From Flavobacteriales bacterium (GTDB taxonomy: Bacteria; Bacteroidota; Bacteroidia; Flavobacteriales_F; PHOS-HE28), in the NCBI GenBank assembly GCA_044347005.1, contig JBIIYD010000001.1, forward strand, positions 6,158 through 70,157: a stretch of DNA of 64,000 bases, written 5' to 3'. Below the pieces are notes generated by a model that saw only the letters and a list, made by a program, of their open reading frames with translations, ran no database searches and had not been told where the DNA came from. Each line of letters starts with the position of its first letter. The first letter of the stretch is position 1. Of the stretch, positions 1 to 8,985 are shown piece after piece. Made by a program: the position numbers and the translations under genes.

Positions 1-1
1 C

Positions 2-862
2 GCGCGTCCCTTCGCCACGCACCACAACGCACTGGACGTTCCTTTCTTCCTGCGCATCGCCAACGAGCTCTATCTCAAGCGCCTTATCGTGGGCGGCTTC
101 GATGGCGTGTTCGAATTCAGCCGCAACTTCCGCAACGAGGGCATGGACCGCACCCACAACCCGGAGTTCACGGTGATGGAGCTGTACGTGGCCTACAAGG
201 ATTACCACTGGATGATGGACTTCATCGAGGGCGTGTTCCGTCAGGTTGCCACGGCCGCCAACGGCACTCCCACGGCACAGTTCCAGGGTAAGTCCATCGA
301 CTTCGGCCAGCCCTTCAAGCGCATCACCATGTGCGGCGCCATCGAGGAGAAGATCGGACTGAACGTGCTCGATATGGAGGAAGAGGACGTCCGTGCGCTG
401 TGCATGAAGCACAAGATCGAAGTGGCGCCAAGCATGGGCAAAGGCAAGCTCATCGACGAGCTCTTCAGCGAACTGGTGCAACCCGAATTGATCCAGCCGA
501 CGTTCGTCATGGACTTCCCGCTGGAGATGAGCCCGCTCTGCAAGAAGCACCGCGACGATGATCGACTCACGGAGCGTTTCGAGCTCTACGTGGCAGGCTT
601 CGAGGTGGGCAACGCGTACAGTGAATTGAACGACCCTATCGATCAGCGCGAACGTTTCGAAGAGCAACTGAAGTTGATGGAACGCGGCGATGACGAGGCC
701 ATGTTCATCGACCAGGATTTCCTGCGTGCCCTGGAGTACGGCATGCCGCCTACCTCAGGCATCGGCATAGGCATGGACCGCCTGGTGATGCTGCTTACCG
801 ACAACCCTGCGATCCAGGAGGTGCTGCTGTTCCCGCAGATGAGGCCGGAGAAATTCGAATAA
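2..862 (+). CDS. lysS: Lysine--tRNA ligase (class II), C-terminal portion; the 5' end lies upstream of the window
   Basis: The frame is open from nt 2 (ARPFATHHNALDVPFFLRIANELYLKRLIVGG...). Diagnostic class-II LysRS segments: FEFSRNFRNEG, MELYVAYKDY, GIGIGMDRLVMLLT. Stop at 860-862. Confidence 0.9.
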   Translation, partial: ARPFATHHNALDVPFFLRIANELYLKRLIVGGFDGVFEFSRNFRNEGMDRTHNPEFTVMELYVAYKDYHWMMDFIEGVFRQVATAANGTPTAQFQGKSIDFGQPFKRITMCGAIEEKIGLNVLDMEEEDVRALCMKHKIEVAPSMGKGKLIDELFSELVQPELIQPTFVMDFPLEMSPLCKKHRDDDRLTERFELYVAGFEVGNAYSELNDPIDQRERFEEQLKLMERGDDEAMFIDQDFLRALEYGMPPTSGIGIGMDRLVMLLTDNPAIQEVLLFPQMRPEKFE

Positions 863-863
863 G

Positions 864-1388
864 TCAGAGCGCGACCCGCCAAACCATCGCTGGCGTACCA
901 CGATGCACGGTGTCCTTTTCGAAGGCCATTCCATTGCGCTTTGCCACGGCCTGACTCGCGAAATTCTCGTGGTCGATCAGCGAGATCACGGATGGCACAA
1001 GTTGGTGGTGCTGTGCGAATTCTTTGCACGCGATGGCCGCTTCCGTAGCATAACCCTTTCCCCATGCGGACGGCAGAAGGTGGTAACCGATCTCCAGTTC
1101 ATCCACGCCATCCACGACCTGGGTCAACAGTCCGATCATGCCCACGGGCTTGCCAGTGGCTTGTTCGATGATGGCGTTCAGCCCCGAACCGTCGGTGACA
1201 CGGCGGTCCATGCTGCGTTGGATGAATTCGCGGCAACTTGCTTCGCTGCCTACAACGAGCGACATGAAGCGGATGGCCTCGGCGCTGTTGATGTACTCCA
1301 TCCACCAGGAAAGATCATCCATGCTGGTATGGCGGAAGACGAGCCGCTCGCTGGTGACACCGTGCGTGGAGGGGATGCGCTGGATCAT
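864..1388 (-). CDS. GNAT family N-acetyltransferase (RimJ/RimL-like)
   Basis: 174 aa. Acetyl-CoA binding-like core VGMIGLL...WGKGYATEA. Its stop overlaps the start of the downstream gene by 4 nt. Confidence 0.7.
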   Translation of the reverse strand: MIQRIPSTHGVTSERLVFRHTSMDDLSWWMEYINSAEAIRFMSLVVGSEASCREFIQRSMDRRVTDGSGLNAIIEQATGKPVGMIGLLTQVVDGVDELEIGYHLLPSAWGKGYATEAAIACKEFAQHHQLVPSVISLIDHENFASQAVAKRNGMAFEKDTVHRGTPAMVWRVAL

Positions 1389-2566
1389 TGTTCACGCATA
1401 TACTGTTTCCAATTCAACACACGAATACCGTCGCGGGGTGGGCCATCGGACCCGGAGTAGACCAATGCGCACTCCACCTTGCGGGGGTAGAGTTCGCGGT
1501 ACTTGTGCAGGCTGTTGAACATTGCCGACGTGATGGTGGAACCGCTCTTGATCTCGGTGAGCTTCCGTGTTGGTCCATCTTCGAGAAGATCGATCTCGAC
1601 GCCATGGCTGTCACGCCAGAAGTACAGGTTGGGCCGTCGTCCCTTGTTGAGAGCGGCTTTGTAGCGGTCCACGATGATCGCGTTCTCGAAGAGTGCTCCG
1701 CGCGCCCAGTGGCGTGCAAGGTCATCGGGAGTTTGTAGGCCGAGCAGTGCGCAAGCCAGACCCGTGTCGGAGAAGTAGAGCTTGGGCGACTTCACCAGCC
1801 GCTTGGTGAAATTCTCGAAATGGGGCTGGAGTTTGAAGACGATGTAACTCGTCTCGAGCACACTCATCCAGCTATTGATCGTGTTCGCGTCCACCCCCAC
1901 TTCCGTGGCCACGGATGCTTGGTTCCATAGCTGGCCGATGCGGCCTGCAGCGATCTGGATGAACTTGCTGAACAAGCTCACGTTACGAAGGTCGATCACT
2001 TGTCTGACGTCACGCTCCACATAGGTCTGGATGTAGCTCAGCAGCCAGGGTGCCGGGTCGCGGGGTTGTTCATACAGCCGCGGATAGCCGCCCCGAAAGA
2101 TCCATTGGTCCACATTGTCCGGCAGCAGGCCAGCGGCATCCAACTCAGCGGCACTCAACGGCAACAGCTCCTGTATGTATGTTCTGCCGGCCAGCGATTG
2201 ACTTACCTGTCTCAACAGCATAAGGTTGTGTGATCCGGTAAGCACGTAGTGGCCATTACCACCCAGTTCATCCACCCGCACTTGGATGTAGGAAAGCAGG
2301 TCGGGTGCATGCTGCACCTCATCGATGATCAACTGCGGACCGTAATGGTCCAAGAATCCGACCGGGTCCTCTATGGCCTGGGTTCGATGGTCCAACTGTT
2401 CCAAGTTCACATAGCTCCATTCCGGAAGAACGTCGCGCGCCAATGTGGTCTTACCGGCTTGCCGCGGACCCATCAGGGTTACCACCGGCATTTCGGCCAC
2501 GCCCTTCAATAACAAATGTGCCTGATCGCGAGGAAGTTTGTTCACCGCGTAGTGAGATTTGTTCAA
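1385..2566 (-). CDS. AAA-family ATPase with C-terminal DUF4143-like domain
   Basis: Walker A GPRQAGKTT and Walker B LIIDEVQ. Common Bacteroidota ATP-binding protein architecture. The listed start is a TTG; an internal ATG (MPVVTL...) is an alternative. Confidence 0.7.
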   Translation of the reverse strand: MNKSHYAVNKLPRDQAHLLLKGVAEMPVVTLMGPRQAGKTTLARDVLPEWSYVNLEQLDHRTQAIEDPVGFLDHYGPQLIIDEVQHAPDLLSYIQVRVDELGGNGHYVLTGSHNLMLLRQVSQSLAGRTYIQELLPLSAAELDAAGLLPDNVDQWIFRGGYPRLYEQPRDPAPWLLSYIQTYVERDVRQVIDLRNVSLFSKFIQIAAGRIGQLWNQASVATEVGVDANTINSWMSVLETSYIVFKLQPHFENFTKRLVKSPKLYFSDTGLACALLGLQTPDDLARHWARGALFENAIIVDRYKAALNKGRRPNLYFWRDSHGVEIDLLEDGPTRKLTEIKSGSTITSAMFNSLHKYRELYPRKVECALVYSGSDGPPRDGIRVLNWKQYMREQ

Positions 2567-2598
2567 ATATAGAGTACAACTTCAGAATTACACAAACA
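2564..2598 (-). promoter_or_regulatory. Putative Bacteroidota sigma-A type promoter (-33 TTTG / -7 TAtaTTTG) for the ATPase gene
   Basis: The reverse complement of the AT-rich intergenic region reads ...gtgTTTGtgtaattctgaagttgtactcTAtaTTTGaac, with ~21 nt spacing between the two elements. Confidence 0.3.
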
Positions 2599-2644
2599 CA
2601 TTGTAAGTAATTGATATCCTAACCTTTGCGTTCGTGTAAGGGTA

Positions 2645-4522
2645 TTACTCCACCCGCTCCACCTTCTCCATCACATCCCCCACCTGTAACCGCCACACCA
2701 CGTCCATACCCTCCACCACCTCGCCGAAACGTGTGTAGCGACCATCCAGGTGCGGGGTGGCGCTGTGCGTGATGAAGAACTGGCAGCTCTCGGTATCCCT
2801 TCCGGCGGAAGCAAGGCCGATCGATCCCGCCGTGAACAGCTTGCGGCCGATCTCCGTGCGCAGGGTATAGGGCATGCCGCCATATCCATCGCCGCGCGGG
2901 CAACCACCCTGCACCACGAAGTTGGGCACCAGACGGTGGAAGGCCTTGCCGTTGTAGTAGCCTGCCGTTACGAGCGAATCGAAGGCGAGGCTGCTGCCTG
3001 GGCAGTCGTTGACATCGGTAGCGAGGATGACGGAGCCTTTAGTCGTGGTGATCCGGTAGCGCTGGCCCTGTGGAAGGGCTCGGAGCTTTTCCTTGTCGAT
3101 GGGGTGGTTGAAGGGTGGCGCTTGCTGGGTTGGCGGGGGAAGGCCATCGCGCTTTGCGGCCACGTTGGCCAGCAGGATCCGAGCCTCCAGATCACGAATG
3201 GGCAGAAGCGCGGACAAGGCCCAGGACTCCGTTTCCCGATCGAACAACAGACCGATGGCCTCGGGGTCTTCTTCCAAGAGCAGTTCGGCGGCGGCACAGA
3301 TCAGCCCTTCATCACGGGTGCGGATGGCACTGCGCACCACCTCGCCAAGTTGGCTGTACCGTGCCGCTGGATCGGCATAACGTGAACGCATCATGATCTC
3401 CCGAACGATGCGTACCGCACCTTGGAAGGCGGCCTGTTTCAGCGGAGCCGGTTCGCTGCTGCGCAGCACGAAGAGCAATCCCTGCAGCGTTTCGTCCCGC
3501 GGTGCCCGGGAGTAGGAACCGAGTACTTCGGCACGTTGGTAGGTCGAAAGTTTTCCGGCGACCAATCGCTCCATGGCCACGCCGGCCTTCCCAGCCATGT
3601 CTTCATCGCCGTGCTGCATGGCAAGACCAAGCAACGCGATCCGTGTGTTGGTGTCGGCCACTTGGGTTTCCCACCTCAGGCACCGGTCGGCATCCAGATC
3701 GGATCGTTGTTGAAGGAAGTCCATGGCGACCGTGGACATTGCAGGGTCGGACAGGGCGTGCAACAGCAGTTCCTGGTCGCTCACCGCATCCCAAGCAACA
3801 AGGACGCGCAACGCATTCACCCGCTCCGCGTATGCACCTGTCCCCAAGGCGATCGCACGCAACTCCGGTGTGTTCGCCAGTGGATCAAGGTGCTTCATGA
3901 TGAGCAGGAGCAGTGCACGCACTTCGGCGTCCCCGCTCCGCATCAGTTCTTGTAGTTCGGTGGTCCATCCGGCGAAGGTGGTGTCCGGCAAGCGCCGTAA
4001 CGCATCCGCAGCTCTTGCCCGGTCCTGCCCGCTGCTGCTTTGCAGGAAGTGGATGATGGCCTGCGGGTCCTTCAGCATCCCCTTGCGCTGCATGGCCAGG
4101 AAGGAAGCACTGAGGTAGGCGCGTTGCACAGTGCTGTCGCGTTCATTGATCGCCAATTCGGCCATGCGTTCGATGGTGAGGCTGTCCGCCACAAAGCCCA
4201 GCGCGAAGACAGCGGCTGCGCGCACATTCGCGGAGGTATCTCCCAACGCACCCATCAGACAAGGGATCCCCGAGGTGTCCTGCACACTGGCGAATGCAAG
4301 CGCTGCCGCATCGCGCACTTCTGATGCCTCGTGCTTCAGCAGCGCGCAGAGCGCATCGGTATCGCGGTGTTCCTGGGCCTCAAGTATGGGCCAAAGGCGT
4401 TCATCGGCCCAGCGGTTGGGTGGAGCTTCGGGTGTACCTGGTCCTGGAACCTCGCACGCTGCAAGGAATGCAAAACCCAATACGAGGATGATGTAGCGTA
4501 TCACCCCACGAAGATCATTCAT
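2645..4522 (-). CDS. HEAT/PBS-lyase repeat protein fused to a C-terminal cyclophilin-type peptidyl-prolyl isomerase domain
   Basis: 625 aa. Signal-peptide-like N-terminus and repeated helical HEAT-like units. The C-terminus carries FHRLVPNFVVQGGCP...GSIGLASAGRDTESCQFFITH, a cyclophilin signature. Confidence 0.75.
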   Translation of the reverse strand: MNDLRGVIRYIILVLGFAFLAACEVPGPGTPEAPPNRWADERLWPILEAQEHRDTDALCALLKHEASEVRDAAALAFASVQDTSGIPCLMGALGDTSANVRAAAVFALGFVADSLTIERMAELAINERDSTVQRAYLSASFLAMQRKGMLKDPQAIIHFLQSSSGQDRARAADALRRLPDTTFAGWTTELQELMRSGDAEVRALLLLIMKHLDPLANTPELRAIALGTGAYAERVNALRVLVAWDAVSDQELLLHALSDPAMSTVAMDFLQQRSDLDADRCLRWETQVADTNTRIALLGLAMQHGDEDMAGKAGVAMERLVAGKLSTYQRAEVLGSYSRAPRDETLQGLLFVLRSSEPAPLKQAAFQGAVRIVREIMMRSRYADPAARYSQLGEVVRSAIRTRDEGLICAAAELLLEEDPEAIGLLFDRETESWALSALLPIRDLEARILLANVAAKRDGLPPPTQQAPPFNHPIDKEKLRALPQGQRYRITTTKGSVILATDVNDCPGSSLAFDSLVTAGYYNGKAFHRLVPNFVVQGGCPRGDGYGGMPYTLRTEIGRKLFTAGSIGLASAGRDTESCQFFITHSATPHLDGRYTRFGEVVEGMDVVWRLQVGDVMEKVERVE

Positions 4523-4531
4523 TCATGCACT

Positions 4532-4609
4532 GTACCGTCGACCCATTGGGTCGACTTGCCTGACATTCATTGGTGGAATTCGAAAGTCGACCCAATGGGT
4601 CGACGGTAC
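4532..4609. repeat. REP-like element: perfect 24-nt inverted repeat (gtaccgtcgacccattgggtcgac / gtcgacccaatgggtcgacggtac) with ~30-nt spacer
   Basis: Read directly from the sequence. Intergenic, between the DUF1232 gene end and the HEAT gene start. Related copies at 6759-6824 and 38767-38815. Confidence 0.8.
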
Positions 4610-4635
4610 AGTACCAATGCCAACGATGTGCGTGG

Positions 4636-4860
4636 CTACCGCCCGACCCCGAAATCCACCGCCCGGTAACGCATGAACACCCATGTGAAGTCCCACCCAT
4701 GATAGCGCAGCGCCCCCAGCAATACCATCGTGGCCGTGGCCTCATCGATGTTGCCGAATAGCGGGATGTTGTCCGGGAGGAACTCGAACACACCAAAGGT
4801 GGGATTGAGCAGGTACAAGAGGGCCAGCAGGCCGGCGAGGGTGACGAGAAGGGGCTTCAT
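4636..4860 (-). CDS. Small DUF1232-family (YkvA-like) membrane protein
   Basis: 74 aa from an internal Met of the long ORF (MKPLLVTLAGLLALL...FLPDNIPLFGNIDEATATMVLLGAL). The PDxIP..G..DD-like motif is typical of DUF1232. Confidence 0.5.
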   Translation of the reverse strand: MKPLLVTLAGLLALLYLLNPTFGVFEFLPDNIPLFGNIDEATATMVLLGALRYHGWDFTWVFMRYRAVDFGVGR

Positions 4861-5029
4861 GGTGCAGGTCGTTGTTCGGAGATCGATGGTCGTTGGTCGG
4901 GGCCTGGTGCCACTTACCCAAGTGAGTGAAGCGTTGGTGCCCTGTGGGTTCAAGCGTGGCGTCATTGTCGTGTCATACGCAACGCGACAGAGGTACCCGA
5001 AGGTATGGAGCGGGGTAACTTCGCCGCCC

Positions 5030-6718
5030 ATGACACCGATCGCGTACCGCCTGCCTGCACTGACATTCCTGCTGCTTCCGCTGTTCGTCGCAGCACAAAT
5101 GTTGCCCGACTCCTTGGCCATTGCCCGAATGACCGCCGATGTGCAGTACCTCGCCAGCGACTCGCTCGAAGGACGCGAAGCGGGCACGCCCGGCGAACGC
5201 TTGGCCGCTGAATACATCGCGGCGGAGTTCGCACGGCTGGGCCTGAAGCCGAAGGGCAACATGGGGTCGTACTTGCAGGCTTTCACCTTCCAGGCGCCGC
5301 CGGTAGCGGGACCGAACAGCACCCTGCAGATCGGCCGCAGCACGCTGAAGTCCGAGGACTATTACCCCGTATCGATGTCGGCCAGCGGCGTTGCGCGCGG
5401 CAAAGTGGTGAAGGTGGAATTCGGCATACACGCCCCCGAACTGGACTACAACAACTACGCAGGGCTGAAACTCGAGGGCAACATCGCGGCCATGCTCATC
5501 AGCTCGCCGGACGGCATTCATCCGCATAGCAAGTACCTGGCCTACCACGAACTGAAAGGCCGCATCGAGGAGGCTGTGAAGCGCGGCGCCGTGGGTGTGG
5601 TGCTGTATAACGAGGACGAGAACACCGAAGCACCCAGTGCCGAGTTGCGCGCCAAGGTGCAGCCCCTGAGCGTTCCGGTCGTCTTCCTCAGCAAGGCCGA
5701 TCACCACGACCTGCTGATCGACGGCAATCCCTGCGTGATCACAGCGGACATCAAGCGCGAGGAACGCACGGCCTACAACGTGGTGGGCCTGCTGGACAGC
5801 GGCGCGGGCCGCACCACCGTGGTGGGCGCACACTACGACCACCTGGGCTGGGGCGGCGAAGGCAGCCGTCACCGGGGCGAAAAGGCCATCCACCACGGTG
5901 CCGACGACAACGCCAGCGGTACGGCGGTGTTGATGCAGTTGGCGCGGGATCTGGCCTCCGCTTCGACTCCGCTCAGCGAAGATGCAAGTAGTTCCAACCA
6001 CCTCTTCATCGCCTTCAGCGGCGAGGAGAAAGGGCTGTACGGCTCGAACTACTGGACCAAGAACAGCACTTTCCCTTTGGACAGCATCAATTACATGATC
6101 AACCTGGACATGGTGGGCATGCTGGACAGCGTGGGCAGCATCGGCATCAACGGTGTCGGCACCTCGCCAAGCTGGAGCGTGGTGGATAGCGTGAAAGCCG
6201 GAGAACTCACCATCAAGAGCACCTTGGGCGGCATCGGCAGCAGCGACCACACCAGCTTCTACCTGCAGGACATCCCGGCCATCCACTTCTTCACCGGCAC
6301 CCACGAGCACTACCACAAACCCAGCGACACCTGGGAAAACCTCAACTACCCCGGCATGCTGCGGGTAACGCGCTACATCGAGGATCTGATGGCCCGCCTC
6401 GATGGCCGTGGCGAACTGGAATTCACCAAGACCGAGGAGGAGAACGCGGCCGCCACACCGCGCTTCAAGGTGACCATGGGTGTGGTGCCCGACTACATGT
6501 TCAGCGGCACCGGCATGCGAATCGATGGCGTTACCGAAGGCAAACCCGCCGAAGCCGCCGGGCTGAAGAAGGGCGATGTGGTGCTGCGCATCGGTGCAGT
6601 GGACGTGCCCGACATGATGGGCTACATGAAGGCCCTGGGCCAATTCAACAAGGGCGATACGGCACCGGTGAAGATCCTGCGGGATGGGAAGGAGGTGATG
6701 GTTGAGGTGACGTTCTGA
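5030..6718 (+). CDS. M28-family zinc aminopeptidase with PA and C-terminal PDZ domains (secreted)
   Basis: Signal peptide MTPIAYRLPALTFLLLPLFVAAQ. M28 motifs VGAHYDHLGWG and HHGADDNASG. C-terminal PDZ (AAGLKKGDVVLRIGAVDV). The upstream ORF extension is likely spurious. Confidence 0.8.
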   Translation: MTPIAYRLPALTFLLLPLFVAAQMLPDSLAIARMTADVQYLASDSLEGREAGTPGERLAAEYIAAEFARLGLKPKGNMGSYLQAFTFQAPPVAGPNSTLQIGRSTLKSEDYYPVSMSASGVARGKVVKVEFGIHAPELDYNNYAGLKLEGNIAAMLISSPDGIHPHSKYLAYHELKGRIEEAVKRGAVGVVLYNEDENTEAPSAELRAKVQPLSVPVVFLSKADHHDLLIDGNPCVITADIKREERTAYNVVGLLDSGAGRTTVVGAHYDHLGWGGEGSRHRGEKAIHHGADDNASGTAVLMQLARDLASASTPLSEDASSSNHLFIAFSGEEKGLYGSNYWTKNSTFPLDSINYMINLDMVGMLDSVGSIGINGVGTSPSWSVVDSVKAGELTIKSTLGGIGSSDHTSFYLQDIPAIHFFTGTHEHYHKPSDTWENLNYPGMLRVTRYIEDLMARLDGRGELEFTKTEEENAAATPRFKVTMGVVPDYMFSGTGMRIDGVTEGKPAEAAGLKKGDVVLRIGAVDVPDMMGYMKALGQFNKGDTAPVKILRDGKEVMVEVTF

Positions 6719-6758
6719 TCGGGGGCATCCCGCAAATTCCACCCGTGCCTCCGGCAGC

Positions 6759-6824
6759 GTCGACCCGGAGGGTCGACATTTGGATCCCTTACCAATGCAC
6801 CGTATGTCGACCCAATGGGTCGAC
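6759..6824. repeat. REP-like element pair (gtcgacccggagggtcgac hairpin + gtcgacccaatgggtcgac, with taccaatgc)
   Basis: Same core as 4532-4609. Intergenic, between the M28 peptidase and gpsA. Confidence 0.75.
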
Positions 6825-6877
6825 GCTACAGGTGCATCGCACAAGCCTTGGCGGAACATGAACGATCTTCACGCCCG

Positions 6878-7900
6878 ATGACCACCACCACACAACGCAT
6901 TGCCGTGATCGGCGCCGGTAGCTGGGGCACGGCCCTGGTGAAACTGCTTTCGGCCAACCTGCCTGCCGGACAGGCAGGCGCGCCCCAGGTGGGCTGGTGG
7001 GTGCGTCGACAGGAAACCATCGACCACATCCGCAAATACGGCCACAATCCGGACTACATCAGCGCGGCGCAGTTCGATGTGGAACGGTTGGCCATGAGCA
7101 GCGACATCCACACCGTGGTGAAGAACGCGGACATCCTGGTGATCGCCGTGCCCAGTGCATTCGTGCAAGCCACCATGGACCTGCTGGAACCCGATGCGCT
7201 GAAGGGCAGGACGGTGTTCAGCGCCGTGAAAGGCATCGTGCCCTCCACCAACCAGATCGTGGGCAGCTACCTCTTCGAACACAAGGGTGTGGCCGAGGGC
7301 GATTTCGGGGTGATCTGCGGTCCCTGCCACGCCGAGGAGGTGGCCATGGAACGCCTCAGCTACCTCACCATCGCGAGCCAGAACGCAGCGACCGCCGCCG
7401 CCATGGGCCAGGCCCTCAACGGGCGTTTCATGAAGACCACGTTGAGCGACGACATATACGGCACCGAGTACGCCGCGATCCTCAAGAACGTGATCGCCGT
7501 TTGCGCGGGCATCAGCGTGGGCCTCGGTTACGGCGACAACTTCCGCGCGGTGCTGGTGAGCCGTGCCATCCAGGAGATCGAGCGCTTCGTAACGGCCGTT
7601 CATCCGATCGCCCGCGACATCAACGAACCGGCCTACCTCGGTGACCTATTGGTAACGGCCTACTCCACCTTCAGCCGCAACCGCGAGTTCGGCACCATGG
7701 TGGGCAAGGGCTACAGCGTGCGCGCCGCACAGCTGGAAATGAACATGGTGGCCGAAGGCTACCACGCCGTGAAATGCGTTCACGAGATCAACGCCAAGCT
7801 GGGCGTGGACATGCCGATCACGGAGACCACCTACCGGATCCTATACGAGAAGATGGCGCCGATGATGGAGATGCGCCTGCTGAGCGACCGATTGGCCTGA
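6878..7900 (+). CDS. gpsA: NAD(P)H-dependent glycerol-3-phosphate dehydrogenase
   Basis: N-terminal Rossmann IAVIGAGSWGTAL and the conserved GpsA core. Start taken at MTTTTQRIAVIG. Confidence 0.9.
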   Translation: MTTTTQRIAVIGAGSWGTALVKLLSANLPAGQAGAPQVGWWVRRQETIDHIRKYGHNPDYISAAQFDVERLAMSSDIHTVVKNADILVIAVPSAFVQATMDLLEPDALKGRTVFSAVKGIVPSTNQIVGSYLFEHKGVAEGDFGVICGPCHAEEVAMERLSYLTIASQNAATAAAMGQALNGRFMKTTLSDDIYGTEYAAILKNVIAVCAGISVGLGYGDNFRAVLVSRAIQEIERFVTAVHPIARDINEPAYLGDLLVTAYSTFSRNREFGTMVGKGYSVRAAQLEMNMVAEGYHAVKCVHEINAKLGVDMPITETTYRILYEKMAPMMEMRLLSDRLA

Positions 7901-7901
7901 G

Positions 7902-8519
7902 CTACTCCTCGAGCTCCAGCCCAACGAGCACATTGTGCGGCCGATAAGTGCCCGCAACGGGATCGTACAGTTCGCGTACCTCGTAGCTGAAGGTGCCTTT
8001 CAGCCCGGTGGCATCCGCGCCGGCCAACAGGTCGGCATTGGCGAAATGCTCCAGCCGAAGGAGTTCCACCGTACGGCCCGAAACGTCCTTCACGAGCACG
8101 GTGGAGAACTGGCGATCGCGCAGGCCGGTGACCGAACCGGTCACGGTGGCAATGGTGGCGGACTCCGTGATGGTGGTTTCCTCCGTTCCCTGCATCTCGG
8201 CCACGATCTCCAAAAAGCCGGGGCACACGCCCACCAGACGCATGCCCACCAGTTCGCCGAGCTTTTCCCCGGCCCCGGCGTCCAGGCGGGTCAGGTCCAC
8301 CTTGTACTGTTTGCGCAGTTCCTTTTCGTAGGGCGCCGCCGCCTTCATCATGCACAGGCCCAATTGCATTTGCAAGGCTTCCCCCTTGATCTCGCTGCGG
8401 TCCAGCGCGTTCAGGCATTCGCAGGTCCCTTCGGCAATACGGTCCAGCACATCCTGGGCTTGTGCGGCCACGGTAACGAACAAGGCGAAAACGAGGAGGA
8501 GGGAGCGAACGCTGTGCAT
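7902..8519 (-). CDS. Hypothetical secreted protein
   Basis: Signal peptide MHSVRSLLLVFALFVTVAAQAQ. No recognisable domain. Confidence 0.5.
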   Translation of the reverse strand: MHSVRSLLLVFALFVTVAAQAQDVLDRIAEGTCECLNALDRSEIKGEALQMQLGLCMMKAAAPYEKELRKQYKVDLTRLDAGAGEKLGELVGMRLVGVCPGFLEIVAEMQGTEETTITESATIATVTGSVTGLRDRQFSTVLVKDVSGRTVELLRLEHFANADLLAGADATGLKGTFSYEVRELYDPVAGTYRPHNVLVGLELEE

Positions 8520-8740
8520 GGGAAAACGGGCTTCGGTCCGAAATTACAGCAAGAGCCTGTTCAGGATCTCTTGAATGATGGGCTCCGAGCCTATTTTTTG
8601 CTGAGGCGAAGCCGGAAAATTTTCGCGTAGCGGTGCCTACGGGAACATTTTCCGGGGAAGCATCGGCGGAAAAGAGGCCGGAGAGCGCATTTGAAGAGAT
8701 CCTAAAGAGGCTCTACTGCCCCGAACTTTGGCCCGGCACC

Positions 8741-8980
8741 ATGAGCAGCACGATCCGACTTCACTGGGATTTTTTCGGCCCCGATGCGCCCACGACCGCA
8801 GCGCACTTCCTCCACCACCTGGACCAGTTCTGTGCACGTGAAGGCATCTCGGGCTACCGGCATTGGGTGTCGGACCAGACCATTCGCTCCACGGCCGTCA
8901 TGGAATGCGACGAGCGATACCTGAAGGTGCTGCGCGATGCGCTGCGGCCCGTTCGCGGGGAACGGGTGCTGGAGGAATAG
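8741..8980 (+). CDS. Hypothetical small protein (start uncertain; ORF open from 8633)
   Basis: ORF only. No motif recognised. Confidence 0.3.
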   Translation: MSSTIRLHWDFFGPDAPTTAAHFLHHLDQFCAREGISGYRHWVSDQTIRSTAVMECDERYLKVLRDALRPVRGERVLEE

Positions 8981-8985
8981 GCGGA

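Noticed and set aside
4532-6824. Possible CRISPR array suggested by the repeated GTCGACCCAATGGGTCGAC units
   Set aside because: Only single or paired copies at widely separated loci. The units are palindromic, there are no regularly spaced unique spacers and no cas genes. REP-like elements fit better.
4973-6859. 628-aa minus-strand ORF antisense to the M28 peptidase gene
   Set aside because: His/Gly/Val/Ala-rich low-complexity translation, typical of a spurious antisense ORF in high-GC DNA. The plus-strand gene has clear peptidase and PDZ motifs.
8633-8740. N-terminal 36-codon extension of the 8633-8980 ORF
   Set aside because: No start-codon context or conserved motif. The internal Met at 8741 is used, with low confidence.
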